Made by a program: the position numbers and the translations under genes. 64,000 nt of DNA from an uncultured bacterium. GTDB lineage: Bacteria; Hydrothermota; Tepidihabitantia; SM23-42. Where the stretch lies: positions 88,754 to 152,753 of the forward strand of contig CAYQPW010000001.1 of the NCBI GenBank assembly GCA_964419565.1. The letters are read 5' to 3'. A model generated the notes under the pieces. It was not told the origin of the DNA, did not search any database, and was given only the letters and a program-made list of their open reading frames with translations. Below are positions 19,966-29,175 of this stretch, piece after piece (position 1 is the first letter of the stretch; each line of letters begins with the position of its first letter).

Positions 19966-20260
19966 ATACTTTGTAAACTAAATGATCCGAACGTTCAAAT
20001 ATGTAAAAATATACCCAACATAAGGTATTTTCTTCATACAAAGGCAAATTCTGCGCAAAATCACGTTGAATTCCACGATATTATTTTAAAAAACGGGCAT
20101 GGATATTGCGAAATAGACATGCATGAAGAACACTGGGCCCTTCACCAATATGTTGGTGCGGGGTGGGATTAGACAAATCCCGACCTTTGTACAAGGCCGC
20201 GTGGACACTGGAGATTTTCACCCAAACATCATGTTTGGGGGGATCCCTTGGAGGTGATTT

Positions 20261-20530
20261 ATGGTCGGAACAGTAAGTAAAGTCGAACCAGAAGTATGCA
20301 CCTATATCGATCCGCAAGAGAACAGCTTGACCATAGAAGTTATCCTGCCAGGTGCTCACAAGAACAGCATCAAACTCAAAGTCAATTCGCGATGTCTGTT
20401 GGTCTATGCAGCTTCAGATACTGTCAACTATGCAAAATACCTGACATTTAAAGATCCAGTAGCTGCGGAAAAGGCAAAAGCTGAATACGAGAATGATATA
20501 CTACGCGTCACAGTATCTCTGAGGGCTTGA
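20261..20530 (+). CDS. minimal alpha-crystallin-domain (Hsp20-like) protein, 89 aa; paralog of 42984-43256
   Basis: GGAGGTG RBS. ...SLTIEVILPGAHKNSIKLKVNSRCLLVYA...AEYENDILRVTVSL fits the ACD beta-sandwich pattern. ~55% identity to the 90-aa ORF at 42984-43256. Confidence 0.6.
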   Translation: MVGTVSKVEPEVCTYIDPQENSLTIEVILPGAHKNSIKLKVNSRCLLVYAASDTVNYAKYLTFKDPVAAEKAKAEYENDILRVTVSLRA

Positions 20531-20646
20531 TATGATCGAGTCCCTCAATGAAAAGGGTGGTATTATGTGATAATAATAAGGTAATGATATGTTCTCATAG
20601 AATTGGAGTGGCGTATATCGCCGCTCCTTTTTCATTATTAGCTGCT

Positions 20647-21498
20647 CTATTGAATATCTGAATAAGGGTCGCTGGAGAATAACCAGAAATGACATGTACC
20701 GATTCTTATTCTCGGCATCGATACTCCTTGTCCCAGCGCTCCACCGAGGTCATCTATAACGATTTCACTGACCGGATAAGTACGTATTTCACCAGGCGAG
20801 ACCGTAAGGACCTCTGTTGTCCCGCCTTCGATAGCGAATTCACTTGCGCATGAAGCATACCCTTCAACGATCTCGCCGCCGGCAAGAATGCATTTTTCGG
20901 TTACTTCCAGGACGAGCGCATTCGCTTTGATCGACCATGATCCGGCTATGCTCGACAGACGGTTGCCCCAATCCATCTGATTGGCGGTGATCTTGAATGC
21001 ATGATCAGGGTAAAAATAGATCAACTCACCATAACCGGCGGCGACCATCGGGCTTACATGCCAGATTCCGACCAGCTGGTCATCAGCCAGAGCGATAGCC
21101 TGGCTTTTTTTATGCGCTGGCTCGAATAGCTTGATCCTTTCGATGTTTATTGAATCGATCCATGTTAAATAATCATCAACGTTAGATGTGAGCGGTTCAT
21201 ACCAATAAAACTTACTGAACCATTCCTGCAAATCTTTTGATTTAAAAGCATATGCATGCTGGGCATAGATCATGTTCCTCAATAATCTCAGTTCATTTCC
21301 ATTTAATATCGCCAGATTATCATCTGAGAATACCCGCTGGAGTTGCTCAAGCGCGCCGTCATAAATGGCTTTAACCGCGTTATCATTATCGAGCTGTTCA
21401 TATGATTGCTTTTCAAATTCCTCGATTTCCTCCTGGGTAAAGGAAAACAGAAAAAGCGGGAGTAGCAGAATAATGATCTTAAGAGACGATCTGCACAT
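20647..21498 (-). CDS. hypothetical secreted protein (283 aa)
   Basis: N-terminal signal MCRSSLKIIILLLPLFLFSF. No recognisable domain. Confidence 0.5.
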   Translation of the reverse strand: MCRSSLKIIILLLPLFLFSFTQEEIEEFEKQSYEQLDNDNAVKAIYDGALEQLQRVFSDDNLAILNGNELRLLRNMIYAQHAYAFKSKDLQEWFSKFYWYEPLTSNVDDYLTWIDSINIERIKLFEPAHKKSQAIALADDQLVGIWHVSPMVAAGYGELIYFYPDHAFKITANQMDWGNRLSSIAGSWSIKANALVLEVTEKCILAGGEIVEGYASCASEFAIEGGTTEVLTVSPGEIRTYPVSEIVIDDLGGALGQGVSMPRIRIGTCHFWLFSSDPYSDIQ

Positions 21499-21597
21499 AT
21501 GCAGACATTGTAACTATCCTGTAATGTTTGTCAATACAAGCTGAAAATCCCTTGACATAGTTATAATCGAGAGTATATTTATCAAGGAGGTATAGCT

Positions 21598-22581
21598 ATG
21601 AGATTTTCCAAAAGTACTTTGTTTTTCTTCACCCTGCTTATTATACCGTGTTTTCTGGCAGGTGCTTCCGGGGATGTCTATGACATAGCAGCAAAGAGCA
21701 GCATAGTTAAGCCGCAGCCCATCGTCGAGACCCCGGTAGTGAGTGAACTTCAGGTGTATGCCGTGTTGTGGGACACGACGCACGGTGTTTATTTGGACTA
21801 CCAGCCATTTTCCCGGTATACGCAACTGGTCGCCAATCTTGCTGACAGCGGTTACACAATGGCATGCTGCGGTACTGGCGTGCATACAATGGACCTTTCC
21901 CAGTATGATGTCATTGTCATCGCAGTCGGTAGTAGCTGGTATAGCGTGTATACACAGGAGGAAGTAGACTCGCTGGTAAGCTATTATGGTCAGGGCCATG
22001 AGCGTGTTATACTCACCGGTGATATGAATTTTTGCGAGAACACATACTATGGGACTGCAGACAATATCGTCTTTACTGATAATCTTTTTGACTGGTTGGC
22101 TGAGACCGGCGGCATTCTCATTATGGGCGATAACCCGGGATGCGCTAACGGAAATGTCAACCCGGTTTGCAGTGCCTTTGACATGACTGCAGGCGTAGCT
22201 GCGCTCAGCCCCAATGATCTTTACTTCACGAATTTCGCGGCCCATCCTATTTTCAATAATGTTAGCACGGTCTATTACCGAGCAGCAGGTGAGGTGGCGG
22301 CCAATATACCCTCAGAGCCGATCGCCTGGACTGATACAAATCAGCCAACGATCGCTGAACGCGATGAAACAGTAGGCATAAAAGAAAATATGTCACGACC
22401 TACCGATTATCAATATATCGGTTCGACGATATTTTCCGGCTCCCTGAAACTGCCCAGTGATATTCCGTGCAGAGTCTACAATATTGCCGGACGTGACGTC
22501 GACGCCGCACACCTTGCCCTGGGGGTTTATTTTATCGAGATAGACGGAAAGATCACACATAAGATAGTCAAGATTAGGTAG
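21598..22581 (+). CDS. secreted protein with T9SS C-terminal sorting domain (327 aa)
   Basis: GGAGG RBS, signal peptide MRFSKSTLFFFTLLIIPCFLAGASG, C-terminus ...GVYFIEIDGKITHKIVKIR. The 3' end is nucleotide-identical to the 3' end of the M14 gene. Confidence 0.75.
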   Translation: MRFSKSTLFFFTLLIIPCFLAGASGDVYDIAAKSSIVKPQPIVETPVVSELQVYAVLWDTTHGVYLDYQPFSRYTQLVANLADSGYTMACCGTGVHTMDLSQYDVIVIAVGSSWYSVYTQEEVDSLVSYYGQGHERVILTGDMNFCENTYYGTADNIVFTDNLFDWLAETGGILIMGDNPGCANGNVNPVCSAFDMTAGVAALSPNDLYFTNFAAHPIFNNVSTVYYRAAGEVAANIPSEPIAWTDTNQPTIAERDETVGIKENMSRPTDYQYIGSTIFSGSLKLPSDIPCRVYNIAGRDVDAAHLALGVYFIEIDGKITHKIVKIR

Positions 22582-22640
22582 GGACCAGACAGTAGGAACT
22601 GAGAACTAGGCACCAGGAAGAAAGAGAGTAGGGCGTAGGG
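22582..22640 (+). repeat. mosaic intergenic repeat element, copy 2 (short)
   Basis: First 49 nt identical to 19790-19838, then diverges. Confidence 0.6.
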
Positions 22641-22735
22641 TGTAACAAGAAAGCATATTAGGAAATCAAAGTATCAGTGGGAAGCGGATCAGGCTATCAG
22701 AAAACCAGGTAAATAGAAAGACCAAGCCCGACTCC

Positions 22736-22763
22736 TTGACTTCATTTCCTATAAGAATATAAT
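22736..22763 (+). promoter_or_regulatory. candidate sigma-70 promoter TTGACT-N16-TATAAT for the histone-fold-like gene
   Basis: TTGACT 22736-22741, TATAAT 22758-22763, ~70 nt upstream of the ATG at 22834. Confidence 0.45.
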
Positions 22764-22833
22764 CTATTGCGCTAAACACTCTGCGTACCATGCGCGACGC
22801 TGTTTGCTGTTAGTGCAGAAAGGAGTCTGAAGA

Positions 22834-23142
22834 GTGGATAAGAAAGATGTTATGGATTTACAGAAAGTAAATAAGGACGTGGTCCTTGCACAGTTGAGGA
22901 ATTTAGTTGACCCGTTGTTTTTGAGCAATGATATATTGAAACACGTTGAGAAATATTTTTCGTTTGACGAAATCGAGAAAAAGGTGAGTACGGGAGCGAT
23001 CCGGCGTAATGACGTTTCCGATTTTGTTATCGTTTTTGCACAGGTTTTACGTAAGGATGTTAAGGCATCAGGACGCACCGTGATTGAAGCGAGTGATATC
23101 GATGCTGCATATGCCAGAGTGAAAGACCGCTCTCCTTTCTGA
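22834..23142 (+). CDS. small histone-fold-like protein (DUF1931-like), 102 aa
   Basis: GGAG RBS. C-terminal ...DFVIVFAQVLRKDVKASGRTVIEASDIDAAYARV resembles the histone alpha2-L2-alpha3 region (archaeal histone ...GRKTIKAEDIELA). Confidence 0.4.
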   Translation: MDKKDVMDLQKVNKDVVLAQLRNLVDPLFLSNDILKHVEKYFSFDEIEKKVSTGAIRRNDVSDFVIVFAQVLRKDVKASGRTVIEASDIDAAYARVKDRSPF

Positions 23143-23144
23143 TT

Positions 23145-24053
23145 ATGTTATTCTTGGCTCGTTTAGTTTTGTGTATTTTGCTCCTTGCGCCAGCGATAGT
23201 TTTTTCTGGAGATGGACCAGCAGATCCTGCCTTGTATGAAAACAAATGGCTCGTCATTATCGGCAACTACCGCTCTTTTGATATGGCTGAAGATGCTAAT
23301 AACAAGGGCGGGTATCATGCATCAATATTGCTTTCAACACACTTTGAAAACCTCGTACCTGGTTGGTATGTGCTGGTCATGAAGGAATTTTTCTCCAAAA
23401 AACAAGCCCAGGAATTTTCACAAGAACTCATGGATGTTCAGGGGATTGAAAACTATATTAAGAACTGCGGTCAGCTATTTTTTTCTGACGAACAGAGGTA
23501 CCGGATAGTCGAACTTGATGATGAGGATTACTCTTCCATGGGCCCATACACTTTTTATCATATTGGCAATGAATCTCCAGACCAGAAAAAAACTGTGTCT
23601 TTTGAGTCCCATGAGGAAGATCCAGAAGAATTCCCCGTTGTGAGGATGATCCATGATACAAATGCTTTTTATGAGCTATATGTATTTGCTAATACCGAAG
23701 ATATAGCATGGTCTTCAAGATCAGATAAATTCGCATTTGTCGATTACGATGCGTTATATCTTGGTGGCGATCAAAGGTTGTACATTCTCGATGTACACAC
23801 TTTTGCCCATGTTGATTTTTCATTGCACGAACTCATTGAAGGAGAGGATTTTGAAAATCGAAGCATGTTGACTCTTTATAATTTGGAATGGCTGGCGTCA
23901 GGTGATGGGGTCATTTTCAGTATGGATGTTGATTTTTTAGGAACATCAGGAGATGACATGGTCGACCGACACCGTATTGAAAAACTCGGAGAAAATTTCG
24001 GTTCCAGTTCACCTGTTTTTGCCGGTAATTATATTGTATATCTAAAACCATAA
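23145..24053 (+). CDS. hypothetical secreted protein (302 aa)
   Basis: Signal peptide MLFLARLVLCILLLAPAIVFSG. Acidic, no recognised domain. Starts 2 nt after the previous stop. Confidence 0.5.
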   Translation: MLFLARLVLCILLLAPAIVFSGDGPADPALYENKWLVIIGNYRSFDMAEDANNKGGYHASILLSTHFENLVPGWYVLVMKEFFSKKQAQEFSQELMDVQGIENYIKNCGQLFFSDEQRYRIVELDDEDYSSMGPYTFYHIGNESPDQKKTVSFESHEEDPEEFPVVRMIHDTNAFYELYVFANTEDIAWSSRSDKFAFVDYDALYLGGDQRLYILDVHTFAHVDFSLHELIEGEDFENRSMLTLYNLEWLASGDGVIFSMDVDFLGTSGDDMVDRHRIEKLGENFGSSSPVFAGNYIVYLKP

Positions 24054-24061
24054 CGAACAAT

Positions 24062-25147
24062 ATGAGATTTTTTTTACGCATTACGCTCTACCCGTTGCTC
24101 CCTACACTGTTGCTCTCAACAACCTGGACACCAGTCGAAAAGAAATGCCCGATCTGCGGTACAAAAAGCGAATACTATGAAATAACGAGTTATGGTTCAT
24201 ATGTTTATGATTACCCTTCAAGATTCGAATATATTTTCTGGCCATATACTGACGGCAAAGCTCTCTATTCCTGCAGAAAATGCTGGTTTACGTGTTTTAT
24301 GTGGGATTTCGAAGATATACCGGAAAGCAAGCATAAAGAGATTCGAAAGTTCGTCGACAGTCTTGATCTGTATGAAACGAATGGTGATTATTATGTTATC
24401 CCTATGTCTTACCGGCTTTTACTTGCCGAACGGATTTATGAAATACTCGGTAGGGATGAGGAATTCTGGTGTCACTTTTATCGGGTAAAAGGGCACCACA
24501 TGGCAAATGAAGAAAAGTTTGCTCATGCAGCAGAGGCGCGTACAAAAGCACTCAATATAGCTGAAGGCATGCTGCAAGATGAGAACAAAAAAGGTATCCG
24601 CAAAGAGCTGTACATTATAACTGGCGCCATGAGGTATCTTCTTAATGATCTGCAAGGTGCATTGCAAGATTTCAAACAGGCAAAAAACTTGACTTTTGGC
24701 AATGCTAACTGGAACAAAGAGAGTCTAAAGGATATAAATATTTACCTGTCGAAATTGGTCGATGACTATATAGAAAAGATCGGCGAGAAAGAGGGCAAGG
24801 CAGTGTTTTCTACGATGCCGACAATCGTTGAACTGTATGAAGAACCCGATGTGTTCATTGATTCAGTGGTCACTGTGACCGGGATACTGGTAAATAAGGG
24901 AACTGGATATTTTAGAGATTTTAACCCTGTGCTTATGGACGGGACCGGTAATATTATGCCCGTGACTATTTGGGCTCCGCTTGAATTGCCGCCGCCGATA
25001 AATCCTGATCTGACACCGCCAAAGGTGATGAGTTCTTATTTGAATAAGGAGGTCAGAGCGGGCGGTTATTTTCGCAAGGACGATACAGACCGTTTTGATG
25101 GTGACTATTATTTCGAGGTTTTCGACGCCCAGATAGTAGAAGAATAG
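24062..25147 (+). CDS. hypothetical protein with N-terminal CxxC...CxxC zinc-ribbon-like region and helical repeat region (361 aa)
   Basis: Hydrophobic N-terminus; ...KKCPICGTKSEYYE...YSCRKCWFTCF...; TPR-like helices in the middle. Confidence 0.5.
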   Translation: MRFFLRITLYPLLPTLLLSTTWTPVEKKCPICGTKSEYYEITSYGSYVYDYPSRFEYIFWPYTDGKALYSCRKCWFTCFMWDFEDIPESKHKEIRKFVDSLDLYETNGDYYVIPMSYRLLLAERIYEILGRDEEFWCHFYRVKGHHMANEEKFAHAAEARTKALNIAEGMLQDENKKGIRKELYIITGAMRYLLNDLQGALQDFKQAKNLTFGNANWNKESLKDINIYLSKLVDDYIEKIGEKEGKAVFSTMPTIVELYEEPDVFIDSVVTVTGILVNKGTGYFRDFNPVLMDGTGNIMPVTIWAPLELPPPINPDLTPPKVMSSYLNKEVRAGGYFRKDDTDRFDGDYYFEVFDAQIVEE

Positions 25148-25193
25148 TAGGCACTAAGCAGCGAAAAAATTGATTGCAGATACCAGGGGTATG

Positions 25194-27629
25194 TTATAGT
25201 TCTTCCATACCCTCGTAATTTTGTTCGGTATCTTCCGGAGTCTGCTTTTGTTTGTAATTGTTAAAATTGTAATTGAGGCTCAGCATCACGACCGGCGATT
25301 TGCTCGTTGAGTATCTGTAATAATAGAAATCTTCACCTTCTGATGTGTACTCGCGCTTGCGCGTGCCAAAAATATCTCTTGCCTGCAAGGTCAGGGATAA
25401 TTTTTTGTTTAGAAATTCCTGTTTCAATGCTGCATCGACAGTGAAGTATGCTTCGCGCTGGCCTTGAGCCGAGACTGCCGGGCTGCGATACCTGCCGTTT
25501 ATCTGTAATCTTGTTGCCGGGAGTACTTTTAGTTCATTACTGAATCTTGTGCTCCAGGAGAAATCATCTTTAGAAAAATCTATGCCGCCGAGCTCGCCTT
25601 CGATCATCTGCCGGTAGAAGTTCGATGTTAAATTCAGATTCCACCAGGCTGTGAATTTGAGGTCGAGCATAGCTTCAATACCCATTGTCTTTTCAATGCC
25701 CGCGTTTTCAACGGTATGCAAGATAACATTTTCACTGTAGAGTGACTGAACGCGTTCCACGTTATTATGCGTGACCCGGTAATAAGCCTCGGTTGAGAAT
25801 AGACTCCTTCCTATCAAGGTCTGAAACCCGAGCTCGTATGAGTCGATGTATTCAGGTTTCAGATTCGGGTTCCCCTTGCGCACATTATAGGCATCTGACC
25901 AGGTCAAGAACGGTTCAAGCCACCATGATCTCGGACGTTGTATCCGGCGCGTATAACTCGCCATGATCTGCTGACCCTTTGGGAAACTGTATGATAAGTG
26001 GCCGGAAGGGAAAAAGTCCCACCGGTCGATGGTAAATCTTTCATCTTCGCCGATCATTTCAATCAGGCGATACGTATATTCACTGCGCAATCCTCCCTGA
26101 TACCCAAAATCACGATATGTCCCTGAAAACATACTGTACAGCGCGTGGATATCCCGGTTATAATCTGTCGTATGACTGAACTCTTCCATGAACTCATAGT
26201 TCGATGATATTGTGTCATATTCATATGTTCTCGCGATATCTTCAGAGCGCTGGATTCTCCCCTGGTAGCCTGCTTCGAATTTGCTGTTATCGGGCAGAGG
26301 CAGTGTGTAATCGAGTTTGAATTGTCCAAGCATTGATGGACCATCTTCTGAATTTCGGGTACCACTCATGATCGTGCCGGTCGTGTCAGTGAGCTCAGTG
26401 GTCGCGAACTGTTCCTTGTTTCGATGGCTGTACTGCGCCTGCGCGGATAATTTGTGGTCCTTACTAACGAACTCGTGCACGTAATCGAGTATTAATGAAT
26501 AAAAATCATGGGAAAAATCCCCGCTATCCGTGGACAAATACAGATTGTGGCTATCCCCCGGTTCGGTCCATTCATCGTAAGATTGTTCTGAGCCGTTTTT
26601 CATTTTTCTTTGGCCATATTCTCCTGACAGACTCATTTTGTCCATGAGCCCGAGCTCCAGATCTATGCCCGCGCGCAGCCCGTAAGGGTTCCATCTGCGC
26701 GTAGATTGACCGTCGGAGAATACATAGGAGGAAGTATCGTTTGCCGATGTAATATTCTCGACTTTTTGCGTGCCTGGAAAAGCATATTTACGGTAATTGG
26801 CGCTGAGGAACATATTGGCTTTCCCGCGGCGAGTGCTGACCAGAAAATCGCCTCCATACTTGTCATCGATCCCGGCGTTCATGTTTACGATGCCACTGAT
26901 GCCTTGCGTGCTTTTCTTTTTCATTATGACGTTGATAATACCCGATATCCCCTCGGGGTCATAACGTGCCGATGGGTTGGTGATTATTTCTATATTATCT
27001 ATGGTGCTGGCAGGTATCTGTTGAAGGGCGTCACTCGGATCGAGAATAGTCGGGCGTCCGTCAATGAGCACGGTGAAATTTTCGCTGCCCCGGAGACTGA
27101 CATTACCCTCTATGTCGACATCGACCGACGGCACATTTTCAAGCACATCGACGGCAGAACCTGACACCGATGTTGTCTGCCGGGCTACATTTATCACTTT
27201 TTTATCTATTTCATAGGCTATTGCCGGACGCTCGGCAATAATTTCAGTGCCTTCCACTTGCAGAACGGTCGGCTCTAAAGAGATATTTCCTGTATAAAAG
27301 TCCGGCTCTGCCGGGCCTATTTTAATATTGTCTATCTTGCGGGTTTGATAGCCCATAAACGATATTTCGATGAAATATGTACCGGGTTTGATATTAGTTA
27401 ATCGAAAAAAACCGCCGGGATCGGTGATCGTGCCGGTGACCTGGGAATTATCTTCATGCTTGTAAAGGACGATATTTGCATAGCTTATCGGTTCGCGGTA
27501 CTCGGCGTCATATACGTTCCCCGATATCCTGCCATTGAATTCATCAGCATTACCCGGACGCTGTGCAGATGCACTTGCAAGCAATGCAAGCATCAGGATA
27601 ATACCTGGCCAAAAAGTTGTTTTTATCAT
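25194..27629 (-). CDS. TonB-dependent outer-membrane receptor with N-terminal carboxypeptidase-regulatory-like domain
   Basis: Signal peptide. CarbopepD_reg-like ...GYQTRKIDNIKI... Plug motif ...DVLENVPSVDVDIEGNVSLRGSENFTVLIDGRP... 811 aa with a C-terminal aromatic-rich barrel. Confidence 0.8.
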   Translation of the reverse strand: MIKTTFWPGIILMLALLASASAQRPGNADEFNGRISGNVYDAEYREPISYANIVLYKHEDNSQVTGTITDPGGFFRLTNIKPGTYFIEISFMGYQTRKIDNIKIGPAEPDFYTGNISLEPTVLQVEGTEIIAERPAIAYEIDKKVINVARQTTSVSGSAVDVLENVPSVDVDIEGNVSLRGSENFTVLIDGRPTILDPSDALQQIPASTIDNIEIITNPSARYDPEGISGIINVIMKKKSTQGISGIVNMNAGIDDKYGGDFLVSTRRGKANMFLSANYRKYAFPGTQKVENITSANDTSSYVFSDGQSTRRWNPYGLRAGIDLELGLMDKMSLSGEYGQRKMKNGSEQSYDEWTEPGDSHNLYLSTDSGDFSHDFYSLILDYVHEFVSKDHKLSAQAQYSHRNKEQFATTELTDTTGTIMSGTRNSEDGPSMLGQFKLDYTLPLPDNSKFEAGYQGRIQRSEDIARTYEYDTISSNYEFMEEFSHTTDYNRDIHALYSMFSGTYRDFGYQGGLRSEYTYRLIEMIGEDERFTIDRWDFFPSGHLSYSFPKGQQIMASYTRRIQRPRSWWLEPFLTWSDAYNVRKGNPNLKPEYIDSYELGFQTLIGRSLFSTEAYYRVTHNNVERVQSLYSENVILHTVENAGIEKTMGIEAMLDLKFTAWWNLNLTSNFYRQMIEGELGGIDFSKDDFSWSTRFSNELKVLPATRLQINGRYRSPAVSAQGQREAYFTVDAALKQEFLNKKLSLTLQARDIFGTRKREYTSEGEDFYYYRYSTSKSPVVMLSLNYNFNNYKQKQTPEDTEQNYEGMEEL

Positions 27630-27680
27630 ATATAGTTCCTTTAATATTGGACAACAGCAGATGATATAAGGTTTAAGAAT

Positions 27681-29165
27681 TCAACGATACTGGCTGACCT
27701 TTTTTACGCACTTATAAGCCGCATTTATCGCACCAGGTATGCCGCCAAACTGTGATGCCCAGCACGAGCCTATGAACAAGTTCTTCACCGGTGTTTCGAC
27801 TTTTACCGCAAAAGCATTTTTGAAGAACTTCTTATGCGGGTTCCATGACCAGGCTGAACTGGCGCCGTCAGTATTGTGAGTAAACCGTTCAAAAGTCAAG
27901 GGCGTAGCCGAATCTTCGAAGATGATATGTTTATCAAGATCCGGTATTATCTCACTCGTCTTTTTAATCAGGGCTTTGGTCGCGATCTCCTTGAGCTGCC
28001 TGTAAATTTGTTCGTCGCCATGTCCCCAGTTGTTCATCCATCGATGCGGACATATGCAATGGATCATGAGCGATGATTTTCCTCTGGGCGCGAGATCAGG
28101 GTTCATTAGCGACGGTGAATAGATCGCGGGTGATGTTTTTTCAAAGAAACTCTCATCATTGCTGTTACTAATATCATAGTCAGGATGGTGAGCATAATAG
28201 TAAATATGGAAGGTCTTCATGTGCTTTATCAATTCCTCAGCGGTCATATCGAGTCCGAGATATACGCTGAAAAAAGCCTCGGATACCGGCGCTTTTTCCG
28301 TTCTATCTTTAAAATCCTCCGGCAGGATACCAGGATCATCAAGAAGCTGGAAAAATGTTTTCTTATAATCGCTGGCTGATATCACAAAATCCGCCTTGAA
28401 TGTTTCGCCCATGCTTTCCACGCCGACCGCGAAATTGTCTTCGGTCAATATTCTATCGACCTTTGATTTGAGTTTCAGCTTACCACCCAGATTTTTAAAT
28501 TTATCAGCGAGTGCATCTGCCCATGACTGCATACCGTTCTTTATGGTCCAGTAATCGCTGACAAAGGCGATAAAGGCTCCGGCAAGGAGGATAACGCTCA
28601 TCTCTGGATAGCCCATGCTTTTGAATAGTTGGTAAGGCTTCGAATCCTCGCTAAAATAACGCGCCGCGAATTCAGACAGCGTCATATCAGAATATTTTTT
28701 TACCAGGAACATGAACCTGGCGAGTTTCAGCGGGTATGCGATGCCGGTTAAAACATTTGTCGGTCTGGCAAGAGAAAGCAGACCCTTTGTCATCTTTTTT
28801 ATTTCGGAAAAAGATCTTATAAGGTTCTCTCTTTCACCCGGGTATGCATTGATTATATTTTCATATGCATGATCAAGCTTATCCGGGATAAAATCAAATT
28901 CTGGTGAAAGCCATCTGATGCGTTGCCGGACGAACTCGACCTTTTCATGTACGCCGATATCTTTCATCGTTCGGATGATATCGGCAGAATTTTCAAAGGA
29001 AAGCGTGCCGCTCTCAAAATAAAAGCCTTTACGCCAGAAACCGGAAGTGTAACCGCCCGGCGCGCTGTGCGCCTCGAATATCGTAACGTCGTGTCCCTTG
29101 CGTGCCAGCAGGTTGCCGCAGACTAGACCCCCCATACCAGAACCGATTATCGCTACTTTACTCAT
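27681..29165 (-). CDS. FAD/NAD(P)-binding oxidoreductase, phytoene-desaturase (CrtI)-related family
   Basis: N-terminal Rossmann ...VAIIGSGMGGLVCGNLLARKGHDVTIFEAHSAPGGY... 494 aa. Confidence 0.75.
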   Translation of the reverse strand: MSKVAIIGSGMGGLVCGNLLARKGHDVTIFEAHSAPGGYTSGFWRKGFYFESGTLSFENSADIIRTMKDIGVHEKVEFVRQRIRWLSPEFDFIPDKLDHAYENIINAYPGERENLIRSFSEIKKMTKGLLSLARPTNVLTGIAYPLKLARFMFLVKKYSDMTLSEFAARYFSEDSKPYQLFKSMGYPEMSVILLAGAFIAFVSDYWTIKNGMQSWADALADKFKNLGGKLKLKSKVDRILTEDNFAVGVESMGETFKADFVISASDYKKTFFQLLDDPGILPEDFKDRTEKAPVSEAFFSVYLGLDMTAEELIKHMKTFHIYYYAHHPDYDISNSNDESFFEKTSPAIYSPSLMNPDLAPRGKSSLMIHCICPHRWMNNWGHGDEQIYRQLKEIATKALIKKTSEIIPDLDKHIIFEDSATPLTFERFTHNTDGASSAWSWNPHKKFFKNAFAVKVETPVKNLFIGSCWASQFGGIPGAINAAYKCVKKVSQYR

Positions 29166-29175
29166 GATATCTCCT

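Noticed and set aside
19790-20260. Possible tRNA or other structured RNA in the 470-nt intergenic region (gggattagacaaatccc hairpin etc.)
   Set aside because: No cloverleaf-compatible arrangement or GTTC-type T-loop. The region is better explained by the mosaic repeat element.
21514-22245. 243-aa minus-strand ORF antisense to the 327-aa T9SS cargo gene
   Set aside because: The plus-strand ORF has an RBS, a signal peptide and the conserved KIVKIR tail shared with paralogous cargo genes. The minus-strand ORF has no such features and is a shadow ORF.
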